Assembly: GCA_030141605.1 (NCBI GenBank)
Contig: JAQGDQ010000488.1
Coordinates: 1 to 64,000, forward strand
Origin: Tubiluchus corallicola
Lineage: Eukaryota > Animalia > Priapulida
Direction: 5' to 3'
Length of the DNA stretch: 64,000 nt
In this document: positions 51,401-63,519 of the stretch, one piece after another
How the letters are laid out: every line of letters starts with the position of its first letter
How positions within the stretch are numbered: the stretch's first letter is position 1
Made by a program: the position numbers and the translations under genes
Notes under the pieces: generated by a model
Database searches by the model: none
What the model was told of the DNA's origin: nothing
Seen by the model: only the letters and a program-made list of their open reading frames with translations

Positions 51401-54400
51401 GGGAGACAAGCTTCTATTAAGAATAGCGGCAGATAAACTGGGATTGAAAAGAGTTTGCCGTTTCCCGAAGCGAGCGATCCAGTTTGGATCAAGAATTGCT
51501 AAGCTGGAGAACAGTAAAGAAAAGGCAAGTGATCTGTGCACACGATTAAGCTGATATAGAAAATTTCACTCATGCAAGTCACTGTGCGCTTTGTTACTTG
51601 GTTCTCTCAAATAAGGTGAATAAATAATCAAAACAAATATTGCAAGGATAGCAACTGCTGATGGAGCTTTGAGACATCTTATTGAGGCTGAACTTAAACG
51701 AAATCGTTGCACATAGTCTTTTTGAATGGTTTGCGGATGTGCTAGAAACAATACAAAAATTCTGCATGATATACGTTTTGGTAAACACCTCTTATCTTTC
51801 ATTGTTTTGTTGGTATGAGTTGTTAGAGTGATTAGCATGTCAAAAAGCATCACATATACCAGGGGAGTGCAAACTGCGGCCCGTCGAGAGATCTTGTGTG
51901 GCCCGCGAAGAGGTTTGTCAACGTAATGAAAGTGCGGCCCACGCGATCCAGCTAAAGTCTGCGCCAATATCGCAAACATGGTGCGGGTAGTTTTTTCCTC
52001 TAGATCGGATGGCATTAACCCTTGCAAGACCGTTGTCACTTAATGTCACTGTCGGACATGACAAAATATATGGTTTTTAATATAAATTTTAATAACTTCT
52101 AAAACAGTTTCTTGAGTGTAGTAGTGCAGTAGTAATGATGTGCGCAAATTGGATGCAAAAAAAATCGTTATTAGGTCCTACTGTACTTGGCTCCTTGACC
52201 AAACTGCATGTGGCCAACAGGAATTCCGGGAATGTTTAATGAGGCCCGGCTAGTCAGATAATTTGCACACCCCTGACATATTCAAGGTTGAAAGCATTTG
52301 GCAGAGTTTATGATTCTGTGTTGTGGGCTGCTATTTTGGAAAGTTTCCATGCTAAGATTTCTTGCAATTTAGTGTAAATTCTGTTGATTTTATAAAGGCT
52401 TAGGCAGAAATCTTAAAAAGTTCGGAGGATATAGACGTATTATGTTTAAACAAAAGAGCAAAGCAAACACTATTGACTGTCATTAGAGCATGTAATCCAT
52501 TACTAATGCTTTCTTAGTGAGTTCTTAGATTCATTGGGACTTTCTTGTTTACAGATCTTCTTAGATTCGTTAGGTCTTATTCATCTTCTGGTCTACTTCA
52601 GTATTTTTTATCCTATCCATTGCTTCTGCAAGTGATTTTGTTAGTGTTTTTAGGCTTGTTGATTTGTTAACTAACTTGGCCATTATTCCAAAATAGAAAT
52701 TGTTTTTTTTGCAAAGCATAAAGGTTGTTCAACACTAACCGTGGTCAAAACTCAACCTGAAATCTTAATTCTGAACCTTTATTAAGCAAATTAACAGTAA
52801 CTTGAATTAGCCAAGGAAACAATGAACTGAGGAAACAGAGGCCTGAAAGTCATAATTTTCGATGAGATGGATCTCTTGTTAGAAGTGTAATTATTTAAAT
52901 AATTATTTTTGATTCATTATACATAAATACCTCATCATAAATTCGTAATTTTTTGTTGAATAGGATCTCTTGTTAGAAACAATTATTTATATAACTTTGT
53001 TTGATTCATTGTGCATATATACCTAACTTCGTCTTGTTGTGTACAGTCAGTCGCAGTTAAGAAACCTTTTTATTTTGAAACAGGCAGTGGACAAACATGG
53101 AATCAGTGTCTTGTTAGCAGCTATATGGGAAGGTCATACAGACTGTGTTAGATTTCTGATTGCTAAGGTGTGTATAAGTAAATACATTACTCCGTGTATC
53201 AGTATTACACTGTTGGTTATTCTGAGAATTCAGTTACACAGAGAAACTGTAGATATAATTCTAAATGCAAATTTGTGCTCAGGATGTAAAATGATTTACA
53301 TAAGGCTTTATATTGAAATCTTTGTTAACATAAAGGTTGCGTTCGTTCTAGTTCCTGTGCTATAAAATTTTTATTAACTTTAACTATGTAATTGCAAGTT
53401 TTAATTGTTATAATGAATTACGATGTAAATGAGCAACGTGAGATTAAAAGCTGCTGTAGTTATCATGCCTAATTTCTCGACCTAAAAGTACCACTCCATG
53501 GGTGCATAATGCGTGATCCAAAATGCATATTTAACAATTTGTATTTAAATGCGAGGCAGTGTTTGTATGTGTGCGTATAGGTGCAAAGGTATAACGAACA
53601 GGTGCAAGGTATTACACAACAAGCAGTTTTGCAGCCTGCTTAGATATATTATTGATCAATACACATTATTGATAATGACCACATAGAAACTAGATTAGTA
53701 GTATTTCTAATACACCACAAGTAATTATTTAACGTCCGCATTACATAAACAGCCATAAATTTACAATAGAGATGGGCGGGACAGATCTATCAGCCTAGGG
53801 CATCGTAAAGTCTTGATACACCCGTGCATGTGATTTGTATTTGCTTGAACGTGAGCGCTGTCGTCCAATACGCTTCGCGTGTTACGCACACATTGAATCC
53901 CACCTTAATCACTCCGCCGTTTTCGCCAATTTTCTTTTTATGCCTTTTATTTTTTTATAACTAGGCAGGGAAAATGACAATACCTGAACACTATATACAT
54001 GTCTCGTCTACTTAAGTTGAAGGATATGGGCCGAGAAGTGAATGTGCCGCAGCATCGGCGGTATTTTGGTTGGACAACCAGCTCTGATCCCCATTAAATT
54101 TATACTAAAAAAGTTCTGCATTTTAAAATGTGAAATTATTTCTTCATAAAGCTTTTTTGCAATTACAATAGTTTTAGTTTAAAATTTGAAAAAATACCTA
54201 TGCAACGAGCTTACAATATTTATTGCAGGGAGATAGCAACCATCATGCAGTATATTGCAGTTAGTTTGTAGAAAAAGTATGAAAGCATTGTATGGAAAAT
54301 ATAAGTACAACGTTGCTTTATTTTTATGGTTGCTTAACTGTGCGTAGAGTAGCTTTGGAGGACCGTAGTATAATGTAAGCAGTATAATGATGCCAAAGTG

Positions 54401-55227
54401 TTTCTGATAATTAAATAAAGGGGTAAAAACTTAATTAACGGCCGTCGAGCTCAATTAATGATGATGTCATAACGAAATATAAATTTCAGTAGCATAAACA
54501 TTCTGTGAGCATGTTGCATGTGTTTGCGAAAGTGAAAATTGAAGTACAGTGCTATTGCCCTATTGTACAACATTCAGTGTGTCACACAAAAACTCTGCAA
54601 ATTTTAAGTTAAAGAATTAAAATTTCAAGTTTACTGCTGTGTTCATGCATGGGCTCTCAAACGGGTGCACTACATCACAACTGTACACATCTCAACTGAG
54701 AGGTACAGCACCTGTCTTTTGTGCTATGTTTTTGAGATGCATGCACTAGTACCCATCTAACTAGCAAATGGCAAAATGCATGTAACAGCAAAAACTAGCC
54801 CCGCAAAGGTTTCGTAAGTAATAATTCTTTCATACAAGTTATTCTTATGTGGGTTTGCTTTCAATATTTTGTAGATTGGATTATTTTGAGCAATAGTTTA
54901 AGACTGAGTCTGATTTTCTTTTAAATGCACTTGTCTTTAATGTCTTTTATTTGCACTAGAGCATTGAAATGAGAAGACGCTTATAAATAATACAGCATGT
55001 GCAAATTTCTACACCAATCGAAATGTAATTTGCGTTAAAATAAAAACTAATGACTTTTGATACTGATAATGCTAATTTTACTAATGAAATTTTTCAGACT
55101 GGAACGCAGAAGATTAATTCCTCATATTTTTATTTGCTAGGGTGCTAAAAGGGAAGGCAAAGCTCCGGATGGGACGTCGTATTTGGATTGTGCGGAAAAA
55201 CAAGAAATTAAAGACTTGCTCAAATAA
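48391..55227 (+). CDS. MTPN: Myotrophin (V-1), ankyrin-repeat capping-protein inhibitor, 4 exons, 116 aa
   Basis: Exons 48391-48459 [23 protein letters not shown]; 49424-49534 [37 protein letters not shown]; 53084-53167 [28 protein letters not shown]; 55141-55227 [28 protein letters not shown]. All introns phase 0, GT-AG; matches myotrophin end to end. Confidence 0.96.
49424..49534 (+). CDS. MTPN: MTPN exon 2
   Basis: ttttcag|...[10 protein letters not shown]...GADVN|gtatgt. Confidence 0.95.
49535..49590 (+). other. 56-nt alternative mini-intron linking MTPN exon 2 to the ASNSD1 exon
   Basis: gtatgt ... ttttcatcatctgttatctcttttattgcag (strong pyrimidine tract and CAG), followed by GCA TAG. 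Confidence 0.75.
49668..51554 (+). CDS. ASNSD1: Asparagine synthetase domain-containing protein 1, intronless, 628 aa, nested in MTPN intron 2
   Basis: First ATG gives the Ntn-amidotransferase start MCGIC; [85 protein letters not shown]. Confidence 0.96.
   Translation: MCGICCIVLFGSADYKPSDTTDIADVPSPWLPKLQHRGPDYSGCCRLRVDGGAVLLFRTMVLHMRGDVMVKQPLQDSSGNVLLWNGEIFDGFSVEDTASDTTVLFSELQKCYTDDEVLAIFQAIRGPWAVVYYQVMSKKLWYGRDRFGRRSLLFHYPVDDDSHFVLTSVACQPKHSSQTTFEELPADGMYCLDLGKCCVNDRASFFTSLRLFPWSDASHNHLGDNLLLATEMPAICHVLLSPVAALNTRAPAEGDLSYIASVVSSLQELNSGDLYDIIDDVFRETASRFIDVLSESVRKRVHLLNRNRKTGISVQNDQSTNSDICDVQLLQNKFCFRCHNLLGGKELCPATVAVLFSGGIDSTVIAVLADCFVPASEPIDLLNVAFEQASNVDARKSAETRDKFDVPDRLTGRLAVEELRAISPRRQWNFIEIDVTKEELKEKRMSDISNLVYPLQTVLDDSIGCASWFAARGKACDVAGACYHSTARVVLVGMGADEQLGGYSRHRSKFLDKGWIGLIDEVDMEVKRISSRNLGRDDRVICDHAKEARFPFLDEDVVSFLNQLPMWHKMMLSLPRGLGDKLLLRIAADKLGLKRVCRFPKRAIQFGSRIAKLENSKEKASDLCTRLS
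51619..51624 (+). terminator. Candidate intronic polyadenylation signal for the ASNSD1 exon
   Basis: AATAAA 65 nt after the ASNSD1 stop codon. Confidence 0.5.
51860..52275 (-). mobile_element. hAT (Buster-like) MITE, copy 3 (diverged)
   Basis: Reverse copy of the 3976 family; TSD ACATATAC/ACATATTC. Confidence 0.88.
53084..53167 (+). CDS. MTPN: MTPN exon 3
   Basis: aacag|[28 protein letters not shown]|gtgtgt. Confidence 0.95.
55141..55227 (+). CDS. MTPN: MTPN exon 4
   Basis: tttgctag|[11 protein letters not shown]...IKDLLK TAA. Confidence 0.93.
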   Translation, partial: GAKREGKAPDGTSYLDCAEKQEIKDLLK

Positions 55228-55778
55228 AAAAGTTTGCCAGAAATGTTCTCTTCAAGAAATTTTGGAATAAGATCTACATAATCTCGAGTCATTTAAGCCT
55301 ACCTTATCGGTACTATGCAAGCTAGCCATTTCGACCGTCGTTGGCATAAATGACTGGCCAGTATATTTTATTTTGATTTCATAGGCACAGTATTACAATT
55401 ACGACATCTGGTGACGTGTTTTGGTGATTGGAATATGGTTAATTGGCTTAAGTTATCTTCTGGTAATGGTTGCTTTGTAATCATGTAACCCAGTACACTT
55501 CCAGTCATTTCAGCAAAGGGTTGGGCGCTCTATGTACATCTCCATTTCAAAGTTCTTCATATCTTTGCCGTGTCACTGGCTGGCTGTGTCATCTATTTAT
55601 ATCCTAGTCATCTTGCTCTAGTTACAGACTTCACGTGTAAGCCTCGTTTTAGAGTTACTGGGGGTTGTTGACTTTATTAACTTGTTAATCATGATAAACA
55701 AAGTAAATTCCTTGAAGTGGTTGATTTTTTTTCCTCCAATCAAAATTCACTTTTGAACATGGGCATTTTTGTAATGCA

Positions 55779-56539
55779 TGTATGTAATAGCTACACAAAG
55801 CATAACATATTACGCAAGCGCTAGTTTAATCAACTTACCGTATAACATATATGTAATTGCTACACAAAGCATAACATATTACACGAGCGCTAGTTTAATC
55901 AACTTACCGTATAACATATATGTAATTGCTACACAAAGCATAACATATTACACGAGCGCTAGTTTAATCAACTTACCGTATAACATATATGTAATTGCTA
56001 CACAAAGCATAACATGTTACACGAGCGCTAGTTTAATCAACTTACCGTATAACATATATCTAATTGCTACACAAAGCATAACATATTACACGAGCGCTAG
56101 TTTAATCAACTTGCCGTATAACATATATGTAATTGCTACACAAAGCATAACATATTACACGAGCGCTAGTTTAATCAACTTACCGTATAACATATATGTA
56201 ATTGCTACACAAAGCATAACATGTTACACGAGCGCTAGTTTAATCAACTTACCGTATAACATATATGTAATTGCTACACAAAGCATAACATGTTACACGA
56301 GCGCTAGTTTAATCAACTTACCGTATAACATATATCTAATTGCTACACAAAGCATAACATATTACACGAGCGCTAGTTTAATCAACTTACCGTATAACAT
56401 ATATGTAATTGCTACACAAAGCATAACATGTTACACGAGCGCTAGTTTAATCAACTTACCGTATAACATATATGTAATTGCTACACAAAGCATAACATAT
56501 TACACGAGCGCTAGTTTAATCAACTTACCGTATAACATA
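55779..56539. repeat. Minisatellite, 69 bp unit, 11 copies
   Basis: Unit tatgtaattgctacacaaagcataacatattacacgagcgctagtttaatcaacttaccgtataacata; unrelated to the 34.5-kb array. Confidence 0.97.
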
Positions 56540-57290
56540 ACCCCAACAGCTATTTTTGTGCTTGCTTCTCATGTATTGTGGAAGCCTAGTAAACAACAAT
56601 TAACTTCTTCCTCTGTAAATTGCTTTCTGTTGCATACTTATGTATGAAAAATAGCCATTATATTATTCTGCTTAGTGTTTTGTACCTAATAGCCTAGTTA
56701 GTCTAGTAGTAACAACAGCAATTCCGATACTCCACACCTCAGTCAGACTTTGCTTCCAGACAATTTCGAATTGATTGTATAGTGTTGTTGCTTAAATTTA
56801 TACTAGTATCTGTAATAGCTGGTATTCATTTGTTAGGAGCACATATTAGTGAAGCTGATAGGTATGCTAGTAATTGTCTTAATATTTGCGCAAGATGAAT
56901 GTAGCCAGTTGTCCTCTTGTGGAAATGTTTCATATTGTATTTGTGGTATTGCATTTAATTAGTCTTAGTCTCTTGACGAATCGAATGTCGAGCCAGTTGA
57001 ACATTTTCTGCAGATTTTAACAAACTTATCCTAGCAATTGAGTAACGTTTTTTACCGTCATTTGCTTCATCAAATCAAGAATAATCGGATAATGAAGTTT
57101 TGATGATATATGTTCTCGATTTCCTGTTAGTATTTCGAGATTTCTCCCATCTTCAAGGTGTCAGTAATCTTAAATGGGTTTCATGTCCATCTAAAAATGG
57201 ACATTACGCTACGACTGCATGATCACACGGGATTCCTGTTTAAAAACAAAATTCACAAACCAAGTAGAGTAACTGTTTAACGTCATTTAA

Positions 57291-57761
57291 CCCTTTCAGT
57301 CCCAAATTATTTTTTTAATAAGAAAATTTTTTTGGCTCTGTACTTTTGTTCAGTATGTCCATCTTGTTTACACATAATTATTTTTTTCTACCTTTTTTGC
57401 CATTTCATCACCATTTTTAGTCTATTGTTATTGGCTTGAATCAAAATAACTATTAACAGATCAAATAACTGTCAGTTTTAAAATTTTAGTAATTTTAAAG
57501 GTAGAAAATATTCTCGTATCCCACGGGATACAACAGGTATGAAAGGGTTAAAATGGCAAACTAGAAAATCTACATGGCATAAAAAACTGTGCAAGGTACA
57601 GTACTTTAGAGACGACTTTGTACAGGTCAGGATAGCGTACATACTAAATGTCTTATAATGTCAAAAAAAATTATTATGTGTAAACAAGATGGACATACTG
57701 AACAAAAGTACCAAGCCAAAAATTTTTTTCTTATTAAAAAAATAATTTGGGACTGAAAGGG
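57291..57761. mobile_element. Rearranged composite piggyBac-like MITE
   Basis: Reverse deleted copy 57291-57547, TTAA, then forward partial copy to 57761; outer TTAA duplication; empty site at 60086-60089. Confidence 0.85.
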
Positions 57762-59973
57762 TTAAGGAAAGCTAGAGTGCTAGAAGCAAAGCTCAGAAGA
57801 TTGCAGAATGGCGTCTGTAGATAATGAAGCCAAAACAAAACAAACTTATGCAACCACTGAAGCCAAGACTTAGTGTGACCCTGAAGATGGCAGAAATCAC
57901 GAAGTATTGATAAAAAAATTTATTTTCGCCTGGAAGAAGCCATTAACAGTAAAATTCTTAAGTCGCCCAAACACGTATGGTTCATCATGTATTTAGTTGC
58001 TCTCTTTAATTTACTATATTGACATTGATAATGCTTTACTAAGTCACATTATTTTGGCTAGTCTCTTGTTCAGAATCATTGGTGAAAATGCTATGATGTT
58101 TTTGTATAGAATTTTTTGATGATGTTTTTCTAATGTTTATATTCTCGATCTCTGTGTTTATAAGTCTTTTAAGACGTTATAAATAATTTCGTATTTGCCA
58201 TCAATAAAGCATTTTATTTATAAAAATGCTTGAATCATTGTAATTTGTGTAAAGACTGTTGTAAATAATATCCCTCTTACTGGTAACCAGTGTACATGGG
58301 AAACTTACTATTCACTTCAGCAATATTAACATTGCAGTGTTATGCAATCATGCTAATTTAAGATATATGTGCTTAAGTCACTACCACCAGTCAGGGTGAT
58401 GAACTGTTTCAGGGAAATGTTTATTAGCAAAGCTGGGTTGGAATGTGTGCCACGTCAGCAGGGATGAGAATGACATATTTCAAAAAACTGTGAAACAGGC
58501 CGTAGGCAGCAACAAATTGCAATTTTGTAACCATAGAAAGCCTCGAAGTGGAGTTAAAATATCAATTACCTTGTTTCATGTATAATTTAAAATACCCAAC
58601 TATCAAGGATACATGATACCTAATTGTCTCAAAAACGCCTAAGTACTGGCCACTCCTATGCAAAAGTATATAAAAACTGTCTGCAATTGACTCAAATAAC
58701 TCCGCACAATTGATTCTATATTTTTATACATAGAGATATACACGTGGTTACACTGATGTACGTGATGTAAACAAAGTGATGACCTGCCAACTAGCGGTCA
58801 GTTTGGAAATAATGTACTGGGTCCGTAAAAATTTTCTCAACGAATTTACGCGATTTACAAAAATGGCGCTACTGGTCTTCCAAAAACTCGGAATTCCACG
58901 TATCCACGGAAAATTCTCATCCCTGCACGTGTTAGCATAACCAGAACACTCATTAATACGACTGTTTGCAGTAAAATGCATATCACGTATACACATGCTG
59001 CACCAACCATCTGAAGTTGTTGCATGAAGATGTCATAACGCATTATTTAGAGGACCATTAATGATCAAAAGGCCAAGTCCAGCTACAGCCCAGGGGCCCC
59101 CGCCAGCTGAGGGGTCTCCAAAGATGAAATGAAATTAATTTGCTGTGAAAAGATACTGCAGAATGAGAGTAGAAATATGGGGAACTATCTCTTTGAAAAG
59201 GGCTCAATTAATTAATATACTGTATAATAATAAACTGGAATTGTTTTCTTTTCCATTATTCTAACTCACTGGTACTGCCACACTGGCAATCTTGATTACA
59301 ATAACAATTGTCACTGGAGTCCAAGGCCTCACAGTATCTGCAGCCCAGGGGTCTACACAATCAAAATCCAGCCCTGGACAAGTTATGTAGCATGTTGGGT
59401 TTATTTTATTGTTATTACTAAAAGTTAGAAATATATAACATAAAAAGAAATTTGCGAAATTTTCTACAAAGTATAAAGTTAATTGAAACTACAGGTAGCC
59501 ACTATTCGCCTGAAAATTACGACTCAATTAGTGAACTTTATGTACCATAAAACTCTCACACAGCAATGAGGTTTCATTTATCTGTGTACTAAGCACTAAA
59601 CAATGAAAAGTTCTGCAACACAACATAGCAGTAATATTAATCTCTCGACCTTTTATTTCTATATAAAACAATCTAATCTGTGTAGTGATTTCATTGCAGG
59701 TCACACTATATGCTACTGTGTAATAAGCAGCAGCATTTTACACCAAAATGATAAACAGTAAGCAATGTTGTGCATTATTGAAAACATATTAAAGACAATT
59801 CTGGTAGCATTATTGTAAAATTGAAATATACATATAACACACTATATTCCAGGAAACAAAATAGTCAATTTTAGATCAAGTGTTAAATCATAATCAAGTG
59901 AAGAAACCTACTGGAAAATGCACACATGATGACCAAATATTAGAACTTCTCTACATTTCCACGAATGTCCAAA

Positions 59974-60195
59974 AATGGGTTTCATGCCCATCTAAAAATG
60001 GACATTACGCTACGACTGCATGATCGCGGGATTCCTGTTTAAAAACAAAATTCACAAACAAAGTAGAGTAACTGTTTAACGTCATTTAAGGAAAGCTAGA
60101 GTGCTAGAGGCAAAGCTCAGAAGATTGCAGAATGGTGTCTGTAGATAATGAAGCCAAAACAAAACAAACTTATGAAACCACTGATGCCAAGACTT
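59974..60195 (+). repeat. ~220-bp direct duplicate of 57172-57871 lacking the MITE
   Basis: aaatgggtttcatg...gtcatTTAAggaaagctag...gccaagactt is near identical at both sites. Confidence 0.9.
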
Positions 60196-60276
60196 TATAA
60201 ACAGAAAACACAAGACCTTGCACTACATATACATATGTGCTTCATAGCAAAATCGTCCGTAATCGTCTGCAATTAA

Positions 60277-60785
60277 AGGACAAGAAGAGAGGTACCTGAA
60301 GTAGGTTTCAGAAAAATCGCCTTAAAAAATTATATTACTTCAGACCAATTTTATGCACATATTGCATTTGCGTCGAAAGGAATTTTTGCTGGTTTTCATT
60401 TTGAATCTCCATTACATGACATCACCTACGTAAATTAGGGGAAGAAAAGGCAATGTTAAATTATGTCCCAAAAAATCTATATTACTTAGCATTTTGCTTA
60501 CCTGCTTGAAAGAATTATGTAACTAGAAATAATAATTGAAAATGTTCATGCCAATAGGTAAAATGTCGCTGGCTCACACTCCAGGATGCACTATTCGCCA
60601 ACCAAAAACGTACTTTTAATCTTGTTGACAAGATACAGTAAAAATTTTACTTAAGTTAGTAGCACGTGTACTATGAATGCTCTGATTCTTTTTTCAAACT
60701 TCACGCAATGTTATCTAAACTAAGTGGTGTAAAATTTCAAGACAAATTTTTCAAGCTTTATGTAAGTGGAAGGTTTTCTTATGCT
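60277..60785. mobile_element. Kolobok-like element, second copy
   Basis: Colinear similarity to 31358-32022; begins TTAA|AGGACAAGAA. Confidence 0.6.
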
Positions 60786-62434
60786 TAAACCTTTGGTATT
60801 CAAATATCTTGAGTCTCCATTTCATGAGGATCATTTTGATACCACGGTCATCATAATAATCTTGAGGAAATCGCTTTTAAAGTTCGCCATTGTTTTCTGT
60901 CGCGTTTCTACAAAGCACTTAGCAACCGCATAAGTGTTGATTGCTACAGACTTTCAAGAACACATCGAAGTTGTGTTTAAATCCAATAGATGGCCACGAG
61001 TTACTATCGGAGTGTGAAAATACAAGTTTTTTACAATTGCAGTATTAGTAAAAATCGTGTGAGCACCGCTGCAAATTTGTGAATGAGAAATAATTGCTGA
61101 TTATTTCTCTGAAGTTAAGCATTTGCTGCATTTTGCATGAGTTCATGAAAAACTGCTCTCACTAAGCAGGATTACATTATATTTGATAAATTTAATAGGT
61201 TTCTATTCCACACAGAATGGATTTTCATGCAAAATTATATATGAAATGCATTTGCTTAGCTTAGACAAATTAAAAATCGATTTTTGACAACAAAAATAAT
61301 GAAAAAAGTTTTAAGTACCTGCAGTGTTTGCACTGTAACAATGGTACTCTATCACTTGTGTAAAATGGCCTAATGTAGAAAATTTCAACTATCCAGACAC
61401 AACACTCTGATACACTTTGGCCTCAAGTCTACCATTAAGAAGAAACTCCTGCTAAAAGATGATAAGACCTTAATTTGTCCTTGGCTAATCGGTTGGCCTT
61501 TCCTGGAACTTTGAGCAGCAGAACTTTGTGCAACATTTGGGCTGTAGCAAGCACGCAAACAATAAAAGAGTGTGTACGATCGCGCAAGTGTATACTAGAC
61601 TAAGGCACTCAATATGCTAAGTTGGAGTGCCGGAAGAGGTCGTGTTTTTCTTAATTTTATCCAATCAAATCACTTATAAATGTTTAAGCAAATAGCGTGA
61701 TTGGATAGCCACAATTGTCCTGAATAGAACATTACCTAATTTGTAATCATTTAGTTATGTCTGTGCTCATACAATAGCAGGAAAGTCATAGTTCTTATAA
61801 GACCTATTTTGAACGGTGCGGTCTCAAAGGAGTTAAATAAGCAAAAATTTAAATGCAACTCATCGTCGTCCCGAACCTTGTATTCTATGTGTTCCCGTTC
61901 TCTAGTTGTAGCGGACTAGGTTGTTGCAGATTCACAGGACATAGGGGTGCTAAAAACATCCCAACAATGTCAAACAGAGATGCTTGGGGACGAACAAGAC
62001 CCATAATAGGACTATTAATATGTCATTGAGTAATACTCGTATTCTTGGTCTTTATGTCAATCATTCGTTTTCTTTCCTAAATATGTAATTATAGCATCAG
62101 AGCTGTTTCTTGATTAGACGTTTGCAATTTGAATAAATGTTGAATAAAACTTAGCATCGTTGCATAAACCACAATGATCACAATGAAGGTCCTGAACGAG
62201 TTAAAGGCAATCACACACCATTTTGAAATCTTACACAACTTGGCTTCAGTTAGAATACATTTGCACGTTGATTACAAATCAAGATTCGCCAGCCATTCAG
62301 CACAAAGTTATCGTAATATTGAAAGTCCGCAAGCAGTACTAAGAGCATAAACTCGGTAACAAAGAAGACATAAATATCAATCAAACAGATGTACAATATT
62401 TACAGGATAGATGGCAGTGTCGTTATCAAGAATA

Positions 62435-62703
62435 CTAGCTTCCCGTAGGTTGTTTAACCTGGAATGCATGCAAATTTCCCATCTGACTGAGTCCAGTTTC
62501 GATGTGGTTTAGATGAATTTCTACATGGTTTTGAAAAACCCTGGAACAAATATAATACAGGCAACTGAATAATGATGGTAACTCCATCCATAAATAATAA
62601 CATGTCAGGCAAAGCAGGGAAACGTGTGGATTCTTCAAGATGAACGTTTGTTGGGACTAGTGAGAAATAGGTTTCAAGATAGACACCTTTTTCAAACCAC
62701 ATA
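62435..62703 (-). CDS. Possible terminal exon of an unidentified gene entering from beyond the window
   Basis: T-rich tract plus AG (tttgtttgtctgcttgttgaaag) before an open frame; second acceptor-like tttgttccag; no recognisable domain. Confidence 0.2.
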
Positions 62704-62844
62704 TCTTTCAACAAGCAGACAAACAAACAAACAAAATAAAGCTAAAGCAGCCTTCAGTTTTGTTTATTTAAAGGTGTAGGCCTGTTGCACCAAAACATCA
62801 ATATCACAACCAGGGCCGCATTATGACATTTTGGGCCTCTAGAC

Positions 62845-63315
62845 CAGCGGTGTGCAAATTGCGGCCCGCCGAGAGAAATTGTGCGGCACGCGAAGAGATT
62901 TGTCAACCTAATGAAAGCGCGGCCCGGGCGATTAATTGAGTGTATCCAGCTGAAGTCCGTGCCATGATCCCAAAAATAGTGCGGGTAGTTTTTTCTACTA
63001 GATCGGATGCCATTAACCCTTACAAGACGGTTGTAGGTTAATGTCACTGTACTACACAGACTGTGTGATACACATTACTAATATGCATTGTAATGAAATT
63101 ACCACTATCTGTCCTGAAAGTAGAAATATATGGTTTGTAATATAAATTTTAATAACTTCTAAAATAGTTTCTTGAGTGTAGTAGTAATGATGTATGCAGG
63201 TTGGATGCAAAAAAAATCATTAGGCCTTTCTGTACTTGGCTCCTTGATCAAACTGCCTGTGGCCCGCAGGAAAGTTTAATGTGGCCCGGCTAGTCAGATA
63301 ATTTGCACACCCCTG
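62845..63315 (-). mobile_element. hAT (Buster-like) MITE, copy 4
   Basis: Perfect TSD CTCTAGAC; appears inserted in an older cagggccg-type element starting at 62811. Confidence 0.92.
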
Positions 63316-63519
63316 CTCTAGACTAATGAAATTATAGCCCGCCCGTCCCCGCAGAAGGAGCGACCTGCTAACTTGCCGGCTCGCATCTTGAATAATTTTT
63401 ACTCATGATATATTTCAGCAACATTTACATAACTTGAAGTAAACTTATTGCAAATTTTTTAAATAAACTAGAATGACTATTTTTTTGTTTGTCAATAAAA
63501 ATATTCTTTATGAAATATC

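Noticed and set aside
50071-51541. Antisense ORFs over ASNSD1
   Set aside because: Shadow frames of a real CDS with no recognisable motifs
62435-62540. Resemblance of VEIHLNHIETGLSQMG to the SMAD MH2 C-terminus
   Set aside because: Lacks the conserved W residues, spacing and SSxS end; too weak to call
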